The notes under the pieces were generated by a model. The model was not told the origin of the DNA and ran no database searches. It was given only the letters and a program-made list of their open reading frames with translations. From Camelus dromedarius (lineage: Eukaryota): a stretch of 64,000 nucleotides of DNA. This document shows, in pieces, positions 39,251-53,090 of this stretch. Position 1 is the stretch's first letter. Each line of letters starts with the position of its first letter. The translations under genes and the position numbers were made by a program. The stretch lies in the NCBI RefSeq assembly GCF_036321535.1, contig NC_087436.1:47556001-47620000 (forward strand), in the 5' to 3' direction.

Positions 39251-39713
39251 AAGATGCAAAAGTCTAGGGTCTGCTCATCCTTGACTTAGCTGGTGCAACA
39301 TGCACACCCTTTAGCTGAGGTAGCTGAAGCCCTGCCTTAACTCCAGTGATTAGAATGGACCTAATCATACAGCACCTTGGTGCCAACCTTTATCATGTAG
39401 TTAGGGAAGACCCCTACTGGGTGTGGAAGTTGAGTTAGAGTTTCAAATTTTTTGTGCGAAAGTTCACATTGTACGAACATCATGGATTGTAGAATGGCCT
39501 GTAACTGCCATCTGTCACTTGACTTTGAGGATGCTGATACAGTTATACTACTTGAGTTTTAAATTATTGAAGGCAAGTGTACTGATTCAGGAGAAAATGA
39601 CTGCTACCAGGAATTAATGCTGTAGAAACAGGAAAATCTTAATATTTTGAAAGAAAGGAGAAAGGTTCTTCGAGTAATAAAAACAATTTGAATTGAAGAA
39701 TACAATTTTTAAA

Positions 39714-39949
39714 CAAACTTATGATTACCAAAAGGAAAAGAGGTGGGAGAGGGATAAATTAGGAGTTTGGGATTAGCAGATACAAACTCCTGTGCATAAA
39801 ACAGATAAACAACAAGGTCCTATGGTACAGACAGGGAATTATATTCAATATCTTGTAATAACCTATAATGAAAAAGAATATGAAAAATAATATATATGTA
39901 TAACCAGAAACTAGCACAACATTGTAAATCAGTTATAACTTAATGAAGA
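39714..39949 (+). mobile_element. Cetartiodactyl-type L1 3' UTR fragment with TSD
   Basis: gggataaattaggagtttgggattagcagatacaaact...aacattgtaaatc. Near-perfect TSD aagaata(c/t)aatttt at 39696 and 39950. Confidence 0.88.
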
Positions 39950-40059
39950 AAGAATATAATTTTAAATATAGCTTTGTTATTTTCAAGTGTCCACTACTGC
40001 CAGGAAAAAACTAGCAGCTGTTAAAGAGTCCAGGCTCTTAACTCATACTCTTCCTGGGC

Positions 40060-40230
40060 TGTCATCTGGGGCTTACCTAGGCCAGTTTGTTTAACCCTTT
40101 AACCCCTTTCTCCCTCAGTTTTTCATCTGTGAAGATGCAGGTTTGTAACAGAACACATGTAGCAGAGGATTAAAGGAAGCATCTATGTAAAGCACTTGGA
40201 CAAGTGCTTGGCTTTAGAAAGCACCCAGGA
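40060..40230 (+). mobile_element. MIR fragment
   Basis: cctcagtttttcatctgtgaa...tgtaaagcacttgga. Confidence 0.7.
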
Positions 40231-41314
40231 AACCTTAGCTTTTTAATTCACCTTTGTGGAGCCCTCTCCTCAATGTGTTTGCACCTCTAGCATCTCATTT
40301 TATCTGATTTCACTAACAAAATGTTAAGTGGCTTTTGCTAATAAAGGCCCAGAAAAGTGAAGTGGTTTCTCCAAGGAGAAGCAGCTGATTAAGTACAAAT
40401 TCAGTATTTTTCTTCTTATGTCTCAGCAGTCTCACAGTAAAAGGGATTACAAATTATGGCTTGCTGATTCTTCTAGGCCTGGCCACAGCTTCACTATTCC
40501 AGTCAAGTCTTAGTCTAGGGAGATGTTTTCATTCATTTTTCATAGCTGTCACTTACCATAGCTCTAGTGTAGCATCTTACTGGACTCTTGTTCTGGCTGG
40601 ATTGTGAGCTCCTTGAGGTCAGTATTGTGGGCAGGCTTTATATCTTTTTTTTCCCTTTACTGTGTTCAGCTAGGTAGGGTTCAGTCCTAGTCAGTCTGAC
40701 TCCAATGGCTGTGATCTTAAATACAGTTGAGTCTGTGATTGGTAAATAACAGAATAACATCAGATTAAAGTGAAATTTTGTTGCAGTTTTCCTATGGCAA
40801 AAGAAGCCAGAACAACAGAAGTAGAAGTAGAACTTTCAGCAGGAAAGGAACTCCTTCAACTCAGCTTCTACAGACAGGAGCCCTTTAAGCTCTATTTCAT
40901 GAAAATTCAAAATGAGCTCTTGTGCTGTGGGCTCCCTCCTCAGAGAGGGGCATTCTTCATTTTGCAGGACTCTGAGCTCCCAGCAAGCTGCATTTCACCT
41001 GTTCTCAGAGCTCCCCCTGTTCTGTATCCCATCTCAATATTTTTGTGTACTTTTAGCATCCCCTGAGGCAGCCTGCAGCCTGCTGAGATCATAAGATATT
41101 TATATTTACTGTTATTTATTATTTTTGCCAATTAGCTCAATTATTTTTGTTACTCCTCTGTTCACAAACTTGCATATAATTTGAATGATTGCAACTTTAT
41201 TGTCCCCATGAGCCTATTACTTTAAGTGAATGATTTTGCAGGATACAGGATTTGTCAGGAATGCATACAAGTACTACTGAAGAAGAGCCTGTAAAATCAC
41301 TCTCAGTTTTCCAT

Positions 41315-41580
41315 ACGGTCCCATCTCCCTTATCTGAAACCATTGGGGCCAGGTATGTTTTGAAACCTGCACATATTTCTACATTTTAGAAAGGCACTAG
41401 GTGCATAGACTGCATATCATCTGTATATCATGTACAGCCAGCGTAGCGTCATCACATTACTGTAGGTGGGTAAATAATATAAATTATAAATCGCTTTGTG
41501 TTAGTTTAGTCACATTTTGCCATCAGACGCGTTCTGAAAAGCACTTTCGGTTTTCAGAGCTTTGTGGAATTGACTGCCTA
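41315..41580 (+). mobile_element. MER96B-like DNA transposon MITE
   Basis: tcccttatctgaaaccattggggccag...attttagaaagg...ttcggttttcagagcttt. Confidence 0.6.
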
Positions 41581-42006
41581 CATGCCTCTTGGGGACACTT
41601 CCTTTCTGCTGCTCTGACGCCATTGTCACATAGCACCCTGTGAAGGCTGGCCTCTCAGAGAGGCAGAAGGCTTCCTAGGCTTACTCCAGGGAAGTGGAGG
41701 GGTGGAGGGGATGGCAAGCTGCTAACCTCAGGCTTTCCACTAAGTGAGTTCAGGTGATTCGACCAAACCTTTCCATCACAGGTACCTGCCTGTCTGGGAA
41801 AAGGAAAACAAGGACATTGCCTCTTTGTCTCCCTTTCTGTCTATTCCTCTTGACTCCTTTTTCCCCAGCTCAGCAGAGATTTCTCTGTCATATTGTCTTC
41901 CCATGCTACACTGTGACTTACAGTGAAATATTTTAAGATGAATCCATATATGCTGTACAGGAGTCTGCTATTTGAATAAAACAGAGTGAGACTTAATATT
42001 GACTTC

Positions 42007-42366
42007 TGTCTTACTCTGCACGGCTGCTAGAATGAAATGCCATAGCCTGGGTGGTTTATAAACAACCTGCATTTATTTCTCATGGTTCTGGAGGCTAGAA
42101 GTCCAAGAACAAAGTGTCAGCAGATTTGGTGTCTTATGAGGGTCTGCTTCCGATAGATGACCATCTTCTCACTATAACCTCATATGGTGGAAGGGGCTAG
42201 GGAGCTCTGCAGGGTCCCTTTTATAAAAGCATTAATTCCATTTATGAGAGCCCAGCCCTCATAACCTAATCACCTGACAAAGGCCCACCCCCACCCCAAA
42301 CACCAACACCTTGGGGGTTAGTTTCCATATATGAATTTGGGGGAGTGGAATATTCAGTCTATAACA
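42007..42366 (-). mobile_element. MaLR solo LTR (MLT1A0-like) with intact 5-bp TSD
   Basis: TG...CA termini, ctggaggctagaagtccaaga, and TSD acttc at 42002-42006 and 42367-42371. Confidence 0.9.
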
Positions 42367-43972
42367 ACTTCTTTCTCTGAGGCTGGGTTCCATTTTCCCC
42401 AAGCATTAGAGACTACCAGCAGTGAAAATATTTCAATTTAATGTTAAAAAATATTAAGCCCATTTTATCAGCATGATAATGTTTAAAAAGTGAATCACAT
42501 GACTATATGTATGTTTTATGTATTCATGTATGTGTGTTTTTGTGTATGTGTATATATACATATACAAACGTATATTTCGGCATAGAATGTTTCTAGATTA
42601 TTTAAAAGTTCATGACAAAGCAGAGCCTTCTAGTACCTCCTTTAGCACCTCTATTTTACTTACTAATCATTTAAAAACTATATGGGCATCCCAGTTTTAG
42701 GAGTATTCTAGCTGCAAGAGTAGTAACCTGCAAATACTTTGTTTAGCAGTGAGATAGTGTTCTCTATCTCCTCGGCCTGGTGTCTCCTCTAAACTATTAT
42801 TAAGTGAATTCTAGAGGTAATATATTTTTGAAGTAGAGGGATTAGCTGAGGTATCTCATGCTTATTCAATACTTCAAAAATCATTCCTAGTCATCACACA
42901 CACACACACACTCACACAGTCATATATTGGCAAACTAGCAGGGACCCGCTCAGCCACTTTTTGGCAGGGTTGGTAGTTTGGTACTTAATCACAGAGATGA
43001 AACATTGATTGAAGCTTTAGACATGGAGATAGAAAGGTGCTGAGGGAACTGCTGTGCTGAGATAGTAAACTTCAAGGAACACAGAAGTTTCAGGAACAAA
43101 GCCTTTCAGTAACTGGTCTGTTTGTGTAAGGAGGAAGCAATGTCTACTCATCATTAATATGATTGCTTCAATACACATTATCTGTGAATGGTAAGCTGAA
43201 CTCACTGCCAACATTTGCAAGATAAAATATGTGGCCTGACAACCGCTGGGACAACTATTTCCCCAGGTTTTCTCCTCTGGCCATAATAATATTACAGGGA
43301 TCAGAGACTTTGAGCCCTGCTTCCTGTTAATATGAAGAGAGGATATGAAGAGCCCTGACAAATAAACCCACGTGTTTTAAATATAGTATGTTGGACCCTT
43401 GGGATAGGGACATCCTAATACTGTAGCATTGTTTTAAGAATGAAAAGCAAGAATTTGAAAAAGGAGAACACTTAGACATTCATTTGCCACTGTGCTCTGT
43501 GCTGGTGGGGGATTTATATTCTCATTTCAAAACATGGTGGAGACTCTTTATTGGACTCTTTACTTCAAAGCAAACCAGGATAAAGTAGGTATATATTTTC
43601 ACTCATTTAAAAAGAGATCTATTTAGTGAAGCCCATTAAGATCTCATCATAAAGCACGTTCAAGAGAAATGGGTACTGAAGCATGGGCATCAGGACTAGC
43701 ATACCATAGTGTTTCTCATGTTTGTTAGAAGTTGCTCCTTTCACATACATTTTAAGCATGTGTTGGTACTAGTTTACATATAAACTGGTGTAACTGTCCC
43801 TGTACTAAGTCTTTGAATCCACTCTTTTCTTTATGTCCATTATTTTTCCCAGTTCTTCTGCTCCCTTTATTTCCATAGCTTCAGTGACTTCAAAGAGAAC
43901 ATGAAAGAATGTGAAAGAATAAAGGAGAAAGAAATGAAAAGTGAGCCCACTGAATCCTGTGGACCTAAGCAG

Positions 43973-45088
43973 TTAAAAATTTTTTTTTATTGAGGTACAG
44001 TTGATTTACAGTATTGTATTCAGGAGTACAACATAGTGATTCAGTGTTTTTTGCCAATTGTTACCCATTATAGATTATTACAAAATAATAGGTACAATTC
44101 CTTGTGCAATATAATAAATTCTTGTTGGTTATCTATTTTATATATAGTACTTTGTACCTATTAATTCCATACCCCTAATTTGTCCTTCCCCCCTTCCCTC
44201 TCCTCTTTGGTAACCACAAGTTTTTCTATGTCTGTGAGTCTGTTTCTGTTCTATAAAATAAGTTAATTTGTGTCATTTTTTTTAGAGTCCACATATAAGT
44301 GATATCACATGATATTTGTCTTTGTCTGACTTACTTCACTTAGTATGATAATCTCCAGGTCCATTCACATTGCTGCAGATGGCATTATTTCATTCCTTTT
44401 TTATGACTGAGTAATATTCCACTTTCTATGTCTGTGTGTGTGTGTGCGCGCGCGCGCGTATACCACATATTCTTAATCCAGTCATCTGTTGACGGGCATT
44501 TGGGTGTCTTGGCTATTGTCAACAGTGCTGCTATGAACATTGTGGTGCATATATCTTTTCAAATTTAGTGGGGTTTTTTCTGAATACATAGCCAGGAGTG
44601 GAATTGCTGGATTACGTGGTAGTTGTATTTTTAGTTTTTTAAGAAACCTTCATGCTGTTCTCCATAGTGCTGCACCGATTTACATTCCCACCAACAGTGT
44701 ACAAGGAGTCCCTTTTCTCATAGCCTCTTCAACATTTGTTATTTGCATACTTTTTGATGAGAGCCATTCTGACTAGTGTGATACCTCATTTTGGTTTTGA
44801 TTTGCATTTCTCTAATAATAGCAGTGTTGATATTTTCATGAGCCTGTAAGCTATCTGTATGTCTTCTTTGGAAAAATATCTATTCAAGTTGTCTGCCCAT
44901 TTTTGATTGGATTGTTTTTTTGATAGTGAGTTGTATGAGCTGTTTTTGTATTTTGCAAATTAACCCCTTGTCGATTGCATCGTTTAAAATATTTTCTCCC
45001 ATTCTGTACGTAAGTTTTCGTTTTGTTGATGATTTCTTTTGCTGTACATAATCTTTTAAGTTTAATTAGGTTCCACTTTTTAATTTTT
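43973..45088 (-). mobile_element. 5'-truncated L1 (ORF2 C-terminus plus 3' UTR) with TSD
   Basis: T-tail at the left and antisense ORF2 (IKKWNLIKLKRLCTAKEIINK in ORF 44884-45183). TSD ctaagcag at 43965-43972 and 45089-45096. Confidence 0.93.
44433..44463. repeat. (TG)7(CG)6 alternating purine-pyrimidine tract
   Basis: tgtgtgtgtgtgtgcgcgcgcgcgcgtatac. Confidence 0.9.
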
Positions 45089-45119
45089 CTAAGCAGGCAG
45101 TTTTTTGCCTGACATGGGG

Positions 45120-45390
45120 TATGGTGCTCAGGAGAACAGGGCTGTAGAGGCAGAGTGCCATGTTTAAATTCCAGCACCACCACTCAACAGCTACATGAGC
45201 CTGAGCAAATTATGAAACCTCTCTGTGCTGCCATTCTTTATGTTTGACATCAGGACAGTAATAATGCTAATGTAGTAGTTTTTTTTTTTAGGGAGTGGTG
45301 GTGTGTAAGGATTAAATGAGTTAATCCATTTAAAACAGTTAAAACAGTACCCTAAACAAAAATGAAGCAAGCACTAAAATTACCTGCTAC
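45120..45390 (+). mobile_element. MIR SINE
   Basis: tttaaattccagcaccaccactcaacagct...gagcaaattatgaaacctctctgtgc...ggattaaatgagttaat. Confidence 0.78.
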
Positions 45391-45579
45391 TACTTCCTCT
45401 AGTTTAGAAATTATCTATTTGCACCCATTTTCTTTTCATTTTTTGACAGTTTTACAATTTCCTTTATCACCCTTTTTCCCTGTGTTTTATCTTTATAACT
45501 GGGCCCTGCAGATGATGAAGGGTGGGAGCAACAGTTCCAGATCCAGGGAACAGAAGAGTGAATAAGACTGGCTCCTCTT

Positions 45580-46350
45580 AGCACCTACATTCTAAGGGGA
45601 GCTCATGACATAAAAGAACAAGGTAAATTCAGAGTGTCAACTACATAGATGGAAATAAAATAGTGATGACATTGAGACTCAGTTGAGGCTGAGATACATG
45701 TAGTTCCTTGAAATGACATTTGAATAGACATCCAACTGTTGAGAAGACAGGCATGCAGAGTTTTGGTAGAGCATCCTAGGAAGAGGAACCAGTGATTAAC
45801 AAGTTAAAGAGTCCTGAGGTACAGATTGGTTTGGTCTGTTCAAGGAATACAAATTATAGTCTGACTGGCTGGAGCATAATGTGCAATGGAGAATGTAACA
45901 AGGGGGAAAGCAAAAAAGAGGGAGACAATGTGAGCTTGCAAATCAGGGGAGAGAATTTGGATTTCGACCGGGGTTTCTCAACCACAGCACTATTAACATG
46001 TAGACCAGGTAGTCTTTTGTCGTGGAGACTGTGCTGTGCATGCAGGGTGTTTACCAGCATTTGGCCTCTACCTACCAGATGCCAGTAGCATTCACCCCCA
46101 ATTGTAACAATTAAAAATGTGTCCAGATGTTGTCAAATGTCCTTGGAGGGACAAAATTATCCATAGTTGTGAGCTACTGATTTAGAGTATTTTCAACAGG
46201 AAACAATATGATCTGATTTACATTTTAGAACTATAATTGTTGTTGGGTTTGTAGAGAGCAGAGTGTAGAGGGTAACAAGTGGATACAGGGAGATTGGTTC
46301 TATGAAGGAGATGATAGTGTTGCAGTTGCGTGATGTTGGTGGAGACGTTT
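45580..46350 (-). mobile_element. L2 fragment interrupted by MER20
   Basis: tgacatttgaatagac...agcatcctaggaagaggaaccag. It resumes after MER20 with atatgatctgatttacattttaga. Confidence 0.68.
45968..46179 (+). mobile_element. MER20 hAT-Charlie MITE
   Basis: ggtttctcaaccacagcactattaacat...ggcctctacctaccagatgccagtagca...aaaaatgtgtccagatgttgtcaaatgtcc. Confidence 0.88.
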
Positions 46351-48984
46351 ATACTAGTAGCTAGTATTTCTTTTTTCCCCCCACCCTCTCCAACCTGGAG
46401 CCTAGTAGTATTTCTTCTTAATTAGCTGGGAGTAAAATCTTTGTAAAAATTTGCGAATTATAAAGCAATAGCCCAGCACTTGGCACAGATTAAGGCATTC
46501 AGTAGTATATGTTGAATGAATAAATGAATTATGGTTGTCTCATGATATAAAGTCCATGATCAGTATAATGGTGACTTTGGTTTCATTTTGAATAATGAGC
46601 TGGTAGGTAAGTTGTTTTTTTTTTTTTTTTTCGGTTGTTGAAGGTTGATTCCATCAGTAGTGCAGGGCCCTTAAATGCAAACTAAATCATTAGAGGGAAG
46701 TCCTAAGCCTAGAAAAGACTCAATTTTATGTTCCTTCAACTTTGAATGACTAGGTCTCATCCTAAACTTGATTATAGAAAAACATTAGTATAAGGTAGTT
46801 GAACTATTGTCAGGGGGAAGCAGGGATTATTTGTAGCAATGGATAAAAGCTGTCTTCTTTTTGCATTTTGCATTCTAAAACATACTCTGAATACCAAAAC
46901 CTTTTATCCCAAGTTGATAAAATTGGCTTGGATCTGTACTGAATTTTTTCAGTCAGTTTTTTGGTTGGGATTTTTTTTTTTGAGGCTACTTATTGTGTAA
47001 TATCCACCTGCCCATTAAACAATCACAAGTATACAGAAGTGACAGAGGACACAGTACCATACTAAGGGGTGAATGGCGAAAGGTCTGGAGGCTCCAGTTT
47101 AAATGTCTATGTTTTTCTGGAGGATGCAAATCTGTGCTGGAAATCTCATAAGAATAAATTTTCCTATGATGTGTCTTTACTTTCTCTTGCCAACTGGATT
47201 GGAAATATCACAAATAAAAGTGTTTCTTGTGGTATTTTCACATATCTTATTCTAGTTCCAGGAAAAACAATATATGTGAAATATATAACTATAAAAGACT
47301 CCATCTGAAAAACGACCAATCTTCAGGGATGTTTAATTCATTTCAAGATTTAGGTAAAAGCCAATCTTCCAATTCCTCTGTTAAATCTAAATTTACAGTT
47401 GGCTTCAGGTGGTTGCCATTGGTTTGCCAAAAGATTACCATACCAAGGGTCTCCTCCTAGTTCATGAGATCTGGGTACTTGGTGAATTCTACAAACCTTG
47501 TATGAAGTGCTTTTTTGAAATATTTTTATGGAGTTGACTATTGTTAGGGATTTGAAGGGCAAATACTGTGGGAAAGGAAGTAAAAACATTAAGTGCGATC
47601 AAACTCCTTAAAATGAAGTTTGAAAACTTAAATGGGATTTCCAGGAAACATTGAGAGAGGGTAATGCTCTTTATCAGTGACTGGAGGGCAGGCTGGAGGA
47701 AAATAACAAGTCTTTTTCAATTTAGCAGTGCTCAGTGGACTAAACAGCTATTAAAATAATATCTCCACATTTTTTTATCATTTAAAAATTATAAAGAGAT
47801 AATTTCCTACGTATTCACTTTATTCCAGTTTTAAATAAGACAACTATCATTGAATCAAGGACTATGAATCCCCATAATACTAGGGAAAAAAAACACATTT
47901 TGCTGTTAATACTCTTAGTTTGGGAAATAAGTAGAGGCATTTAGAATAAGTCATTTGTACCTTCTACCTCTTTCTTACATTGTTATTAAGATGAATATAC
48001 AAACAAATTAATAGTGACTGTGCCAGACTGAAGCAACTTCAAATAAAACATCATTATGTGAGTTCCTATTCCAAGTCAAAAGGATATTTTGCAATGTTTA
48101 TAGTTTGTTTGTTTTTTTGTTTGCAGTCATTTTTATTTCTTTTACTGACAGGAACATATAATCCTTTGTTCATGCTGGGGCCCAAGTATCATTATCAAGA
48201 TTCTTTTTCCAGTTTAATAAAATATGTATTTACATAGGCAAATTCCAACCTAATTAATGACCTTGGAGCAAAAAAAAATGGGATAGATACGACCTATTTT
48301 CACAAAAGCCATTTGTTCTTTCTTTGAGTTTTATGCTTTTCGTTGTGGGTAATCAGGGGAGAGCTCACAGGTAAAGCTCATTGCCAGGGTAAAGAAGAGC
48401 CTTTGCATGGGCTGGGGGGAATAAGCTCTTCTCAGGGAGAGGGGCTAACTTGTCTCAGGGGTTGGTGATTCCATATGAGGAAGGGTGGCAAGAACAATAT
48501 AAAGGGGGAAATAAGTTGTGCCCCCCACAGGGATAAGAAGAAAGTTGAACAATTTAACTAAGTCTTTTAAAATAAATTCATCATCATTGTATGAATGGTA
48601 GAGATTGAATGGGTTACATTTTTAGTTAAAATATATGACCAGTGGTAAAATGTGCTGATGAAATTAACAGACCAGTTGTTTCTTTTCTGTGGCCATGATT
48701 TCTGAGTAGTTATTTTCACTATGCATCCAGAATAAATGCCGATGTAGGGGTGCTGTTTAAACTGTTCCTTTGTCAGCGTATCACAGTCATGGGAGAAAGT
48801 GCACCGTTGTTCACCACCATCCCCTTTTATCCAGTTAGCTACTTCCCTTCCCATTTGAGACTTCCTCAGGAAGCCCACCCTGTATCCCCACCACCCATCT
48901 CCAGCCCAGCTAGGTCAGATTCTCCCTTTGTACCTTCTCACAGGTCCCTAGACTTTACATTCTCTCGTTATATTTATTTTTTGA

Positions 48985-49109
48985 TTTATTAATATCTATC
49001 TTTTCTAACAGACTATATGCTCCATCAGAATTAGAAAGAATTTTTGTCATATTTGCTGCAAATGTCCCCATTTCTTGGTTCAGTCCTTGACACATAGGGA
49101 TGTAAGACG
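48985..49109 (+). mobile_element. L2 3' end, host of Tigger1
   Basis: agactatatgctccatcaga...cagtccttgacacatagg. The tail-like taaataaataatg continues after Tigger1. Confidence 0.55.
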
Positions 49110-49111
49110 TA

Positions 49112-51400
49112 CAGGCATACCTTGTTTTTTTGTGCTTCACTTTACTGTTTGTGGCAACCCTGTGTTGAGCAAGTCTATCAGCACAGTTTTTCCAACAGCG
49201 TTTGTTCACTTCATGTCTCTGTGTCACCTTTTGGTAATTCTTACTGTATTTCAAACATTTTCATTATTATTATATCTGTTATGATGATCCGTGATTGGTG
49301 ATCTTTGATGTTACTTTGTAATTGTTTTGGGGTGCCACAAACTGCACTCATACAACACTGCAAACTTAATGGTTAAATGTGTATATTCTGACTGTTTCAC
49401 CCATTAGCCATTTCACCATCTTTCTCCCTCCCCTCAGGCCTCCCTAGTCCCTGAGACACAGCAGTATTAAAATTAGACCTATTAATAACCCTATACTGGT
49501 ATCTAACTGTTAAGTGAAAGGAAGAATCTCATGTCTCTCCCTTTAAATCAAGCTAGAAATAATTAAGTTTGGTGAGGAAGGCATGTTGAAAGCTGAAATG
49601 CACTGAAAGCTAGTCCTCTTGCCCCAGTTAGCTAAGTTGTGACTGCAAAAGAGAAGTTCTTGAAGGAAATTAAAAGTGCTACTCCAGTGAACACATGGAT
49701 GGTATGAAAGCCAAAGAGCCTTACTGCTGATGTGGAGAAAGTTTAGTTGTCTGGATAGAAGATCAAACCAGCTACAACATTCTCTTAAGCCAAAGTCTAA
49801 TCCAGAGCAAGGCCCCAACTCTCTTCAATTTTATGAAGCTGAGAGAGGTGAGGAAGCTGCAGAAGAGAAGTTGGAAACTAGCAGAGGTTGGTTAATGAGG
49901 TTTTAGGAAATAAACCATCTCCATAGTACAAGGTGAAGCAGCATGTGCTGATATAGAAGCTGCAGCAAGTTATCCAGATGATCTAGCTAAGATAATTAAT
50001 CAAGGTGGCCACGCTAAACAACAGACTCTCCATGTAGATTAAACAGCCTTTTATTGCAAGAATATGCCATGTAGGACTTTCACAGCTAGAGAGAAGAAGT
50101 CAGTGCCTGGCTTCAAAGTTTCAAACGACAGGCTGACTCTCACGTTAGAGGCTAGTCCCAGCTAGGGACTGGAAGTTGAAGCCAATGCTCATTTACCGTT
50201 CTGAAAATCTTAGGGCCCTTATGAATTGTGCTCAGTCTACTCTACCTGTGTTCTACAAAGGGAACAAAGCCTGGGTGACAGCACATCTGTTTACAACAAG
50301 GTTTGCTGAATATTTAAGCCCACTGTTGAGAACTTCTGCTCAGAAAAAAAGATTCCTTTCAAAATATGACTGCTCACTAACAATGTACCTAGTCACACAG
50401 CTCTGATGGAGATGTACAAGGAGATTAATGCTGTTTTCATGCCTGCTAACACAACATCTATTCTGCAGCCCATGGATCAAAGAGTAATTTTGACTTTCAA
50501 GTCTTACTACTTAAGAAGCACATTTCAAAGGCTACAGCTGCCATAGACAGTGATTCCTCCGAAGAATCTGGGCAAAGTCAATTGAAAACCTTCTTGGAAG
50601 AATTCACCATTCTAGATGCCAATAAGAATATTCATAATTCCTGGGAAAAGGTCAAAATAGCCACATTGATAGGAATTTGGAAGAAGTTGATTCCAACCCT
50701 CAAGGATGACTTGAGTGGTTCAATACTTGAATAGAGGAAATAACTGCAGCTGTGGTGGAAATAGCAAAAGAACTAGAATTAGAAGTGGAGCCTGAAGATG
50801 TGACTGAATTGCTGCATCTCATGATGGATTTTAAATGGATGAAGAGCTGTTTCTAATGGGTGAAGATCGTTGAAATGACAACAAAGGATTTAGAATATTA
50901 CATACACTTACTTGATAAAGTAGCAGCAGGGTTTGAGAGGATTGACTCCAATTCTGAAAGAAATTCTATTGGGGGTAAAATGCTATCAAACAGCATTGTG
51001 TGCTACAGAGAAATCATTCATGAAAGGAAGAGTCAATTGATATAGCAAATTTTTTTGTTGTCTTATTTTTAAGAAGTTGCCACAGCCACCCACCCCAGCC
51101 TTCAGCAACCACCACATTGATCAATTAGCAGCCATCAATATTGAGGCAACACCCTCCACAGCAAAAAATCATGAATCACTGAAGGCTCAGATGATGATTA
51201 GCATTTTTCAACAATAAAATATTCTTTACACGTTTTTAAAGATATAATGCTATTTCACACTTAATAGATGACAGTATAGTGTACACATAACTTTTATATG
51301 ATTTGGGAAACTAAAAATTTTGTGTGACTTGCTTTATTGTGATTTTCACTCTATTGTTGTGGTCTGGAACCAAATCTACAATATTTCCCAGGTATACCTG
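49112..51400 (+). mobile_element. Tigger1 (Tc1/mariner, pogo-like) DNA transposon, near full length, transposase disrupted
   Basis: TIRs caggcatacct / aggtatacctg with TA TSDs at 49110-49111 and 51401-51402. Transposase fragments KPMLIYRSENLRAL...KAWVTAHLF and [12 protein letters not shown]...[13 protein letters not shown]. Confidence 0.95.
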
Positions 51401-52709
51401 TATAAATAAATAATGCACTCCTTACCCCACCACATTTGAAACTGTCCAAACAGGTATTTTACCAAAATTTAAGTATTCTTTTATCTCTAGCTAAAAAAAA
51501 GTTATTTTGATCCTGAGCTGTGTTGTACTCTGCTCCTTGTGATTTTGCTTTTTATCCTAGTGTATTTTTTAATGTAAAAACCAAAGTTCTGTGATCCAGA
51601 GTGTAGTATTGGTTTTTAGAAATTGAGAACAGCTGTATAGTACAAGAATTGGTGAAATGTATGTGCTGTTGTATTTTTCTTCTGAGCTCATTTTAAGCCC
51701 CTGAAAGACTAATGCACACCTGACTATCAGTTAAACAAAAATTATCAAAAAACTTTATTCTGCAGCTAGTCATATATTGAGCTCAGGTTTAAAATTTCAC
51801 TATTTCATATAACTTTATCTAAGAAAGAGATTGACTGTGGGCCATGGATGGGAAGTGATTCACATCAGGTTCCAGTAGGCTGGTAACTTGACTACTAGGC
51901 AGACAATCTATGTTGAAGCCAGTAAGTCTTTACAAAAAGTTGATCCAAATTTGAGTCTACTATAAAATATACAAACTGAAGTGAGAAAAAAAAATCTCCA
52001 TTTTGGGATTCAGGGATGGGGAGGAGGACGTGTATACATAATTAACAATCTTTTATATTGATTCTCTGGACTCATTTTTTCCCTCCTCTTACAAAACCAA
52101 AGAATTATTCTACGACCTAGGATTGACTTTCTGTAAATAATCATTTTACTGATAAATTATAAATAGTTTATGATGATTTTAAATTAAAACCAGAAGTTAA
52201 ATTTGGAACATTGAAGAGATAAGTAATTTAACTGTCAAAAATATAGTGTCTTAAACTGCTATATCATATATCAAATCAAAAACTCTCCAGGGACTCTCTC
52301 TGGCTGTGATCAGAGCTATTCTTAGCAGACCCCATGTCTGCTCTGGTAGTTAGGATCTATGAACTTTTGCTTTGGTAATTTTACAGTCATTGAAGCTGTT
52401 TATATTGAAACACTCACTCTGTCTCTCACATTAATAATTGTTAATGATACAGTAGTTAAAAGTGGGAGCTCAAGTCCCTGGGCATTTGCTGATATTTTAA
52501 TATAATCAAACAGTCCAGAGCATAGGTAATTGTATATCAGGGCCATTTACAATGATCACAGGGGACAAATAATTACCTCTGAAGGACTGGGAATAAGATT
52601 AAGTGTGTGAATAAATAAGTGTGCTAATGACTAATGGATGAATAAGCATTAATGAGGAAGGGTGTTAACCAAGCTCCATGAATTTACAGTATCAGTTCCT
52701 CTGTCCCTT

Positions 52710-53090
52710 TGAGAGACATGGTGGCATGGAAGAAACTGCATAACTGACCTTCCTTAATCTCAATTGCCACAGCTATCAAGTGGAGTTACTAAAGTCATTG
52801 TGTGGAACAAGTTATAAAAGGTGCAGTGTAGCAAGTGGTTGGTACAGAGTAGGTGCTCAGTAAATGATTTATATTATTTAAGAATTAGTATAATGGAGTG
52901 ATTCAGTGTCCTTGCTTTACTACTAAATAAGGTCATTCATTTCTTAAGGTTCTTCTGTCATCTGTAGAATAGGAAAAATAACATCCAAATTGCAGACCTA
53001 TTTGCAGAGTAAAATGAGTTAATGTATGTAACATTCTTAGCATATTAGCTGGCGTCTGGTTACCTCTAAATAATGGCAGCTTTAATTATA
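52710..53090 (+). mobile_element. Two degenerate MIR fragments
   Basis: agagtaggtgctcagtaaatg and tcatctgtagaatagg...aaaatgagttaatgtatgtaa. Confidence 0.55.

Noticed and set aside
50176..51045. Transposase-like ORFs as a TIGD gene
   Set aside because: They are short broken fragments inside a TIR-bounded Tigger1.
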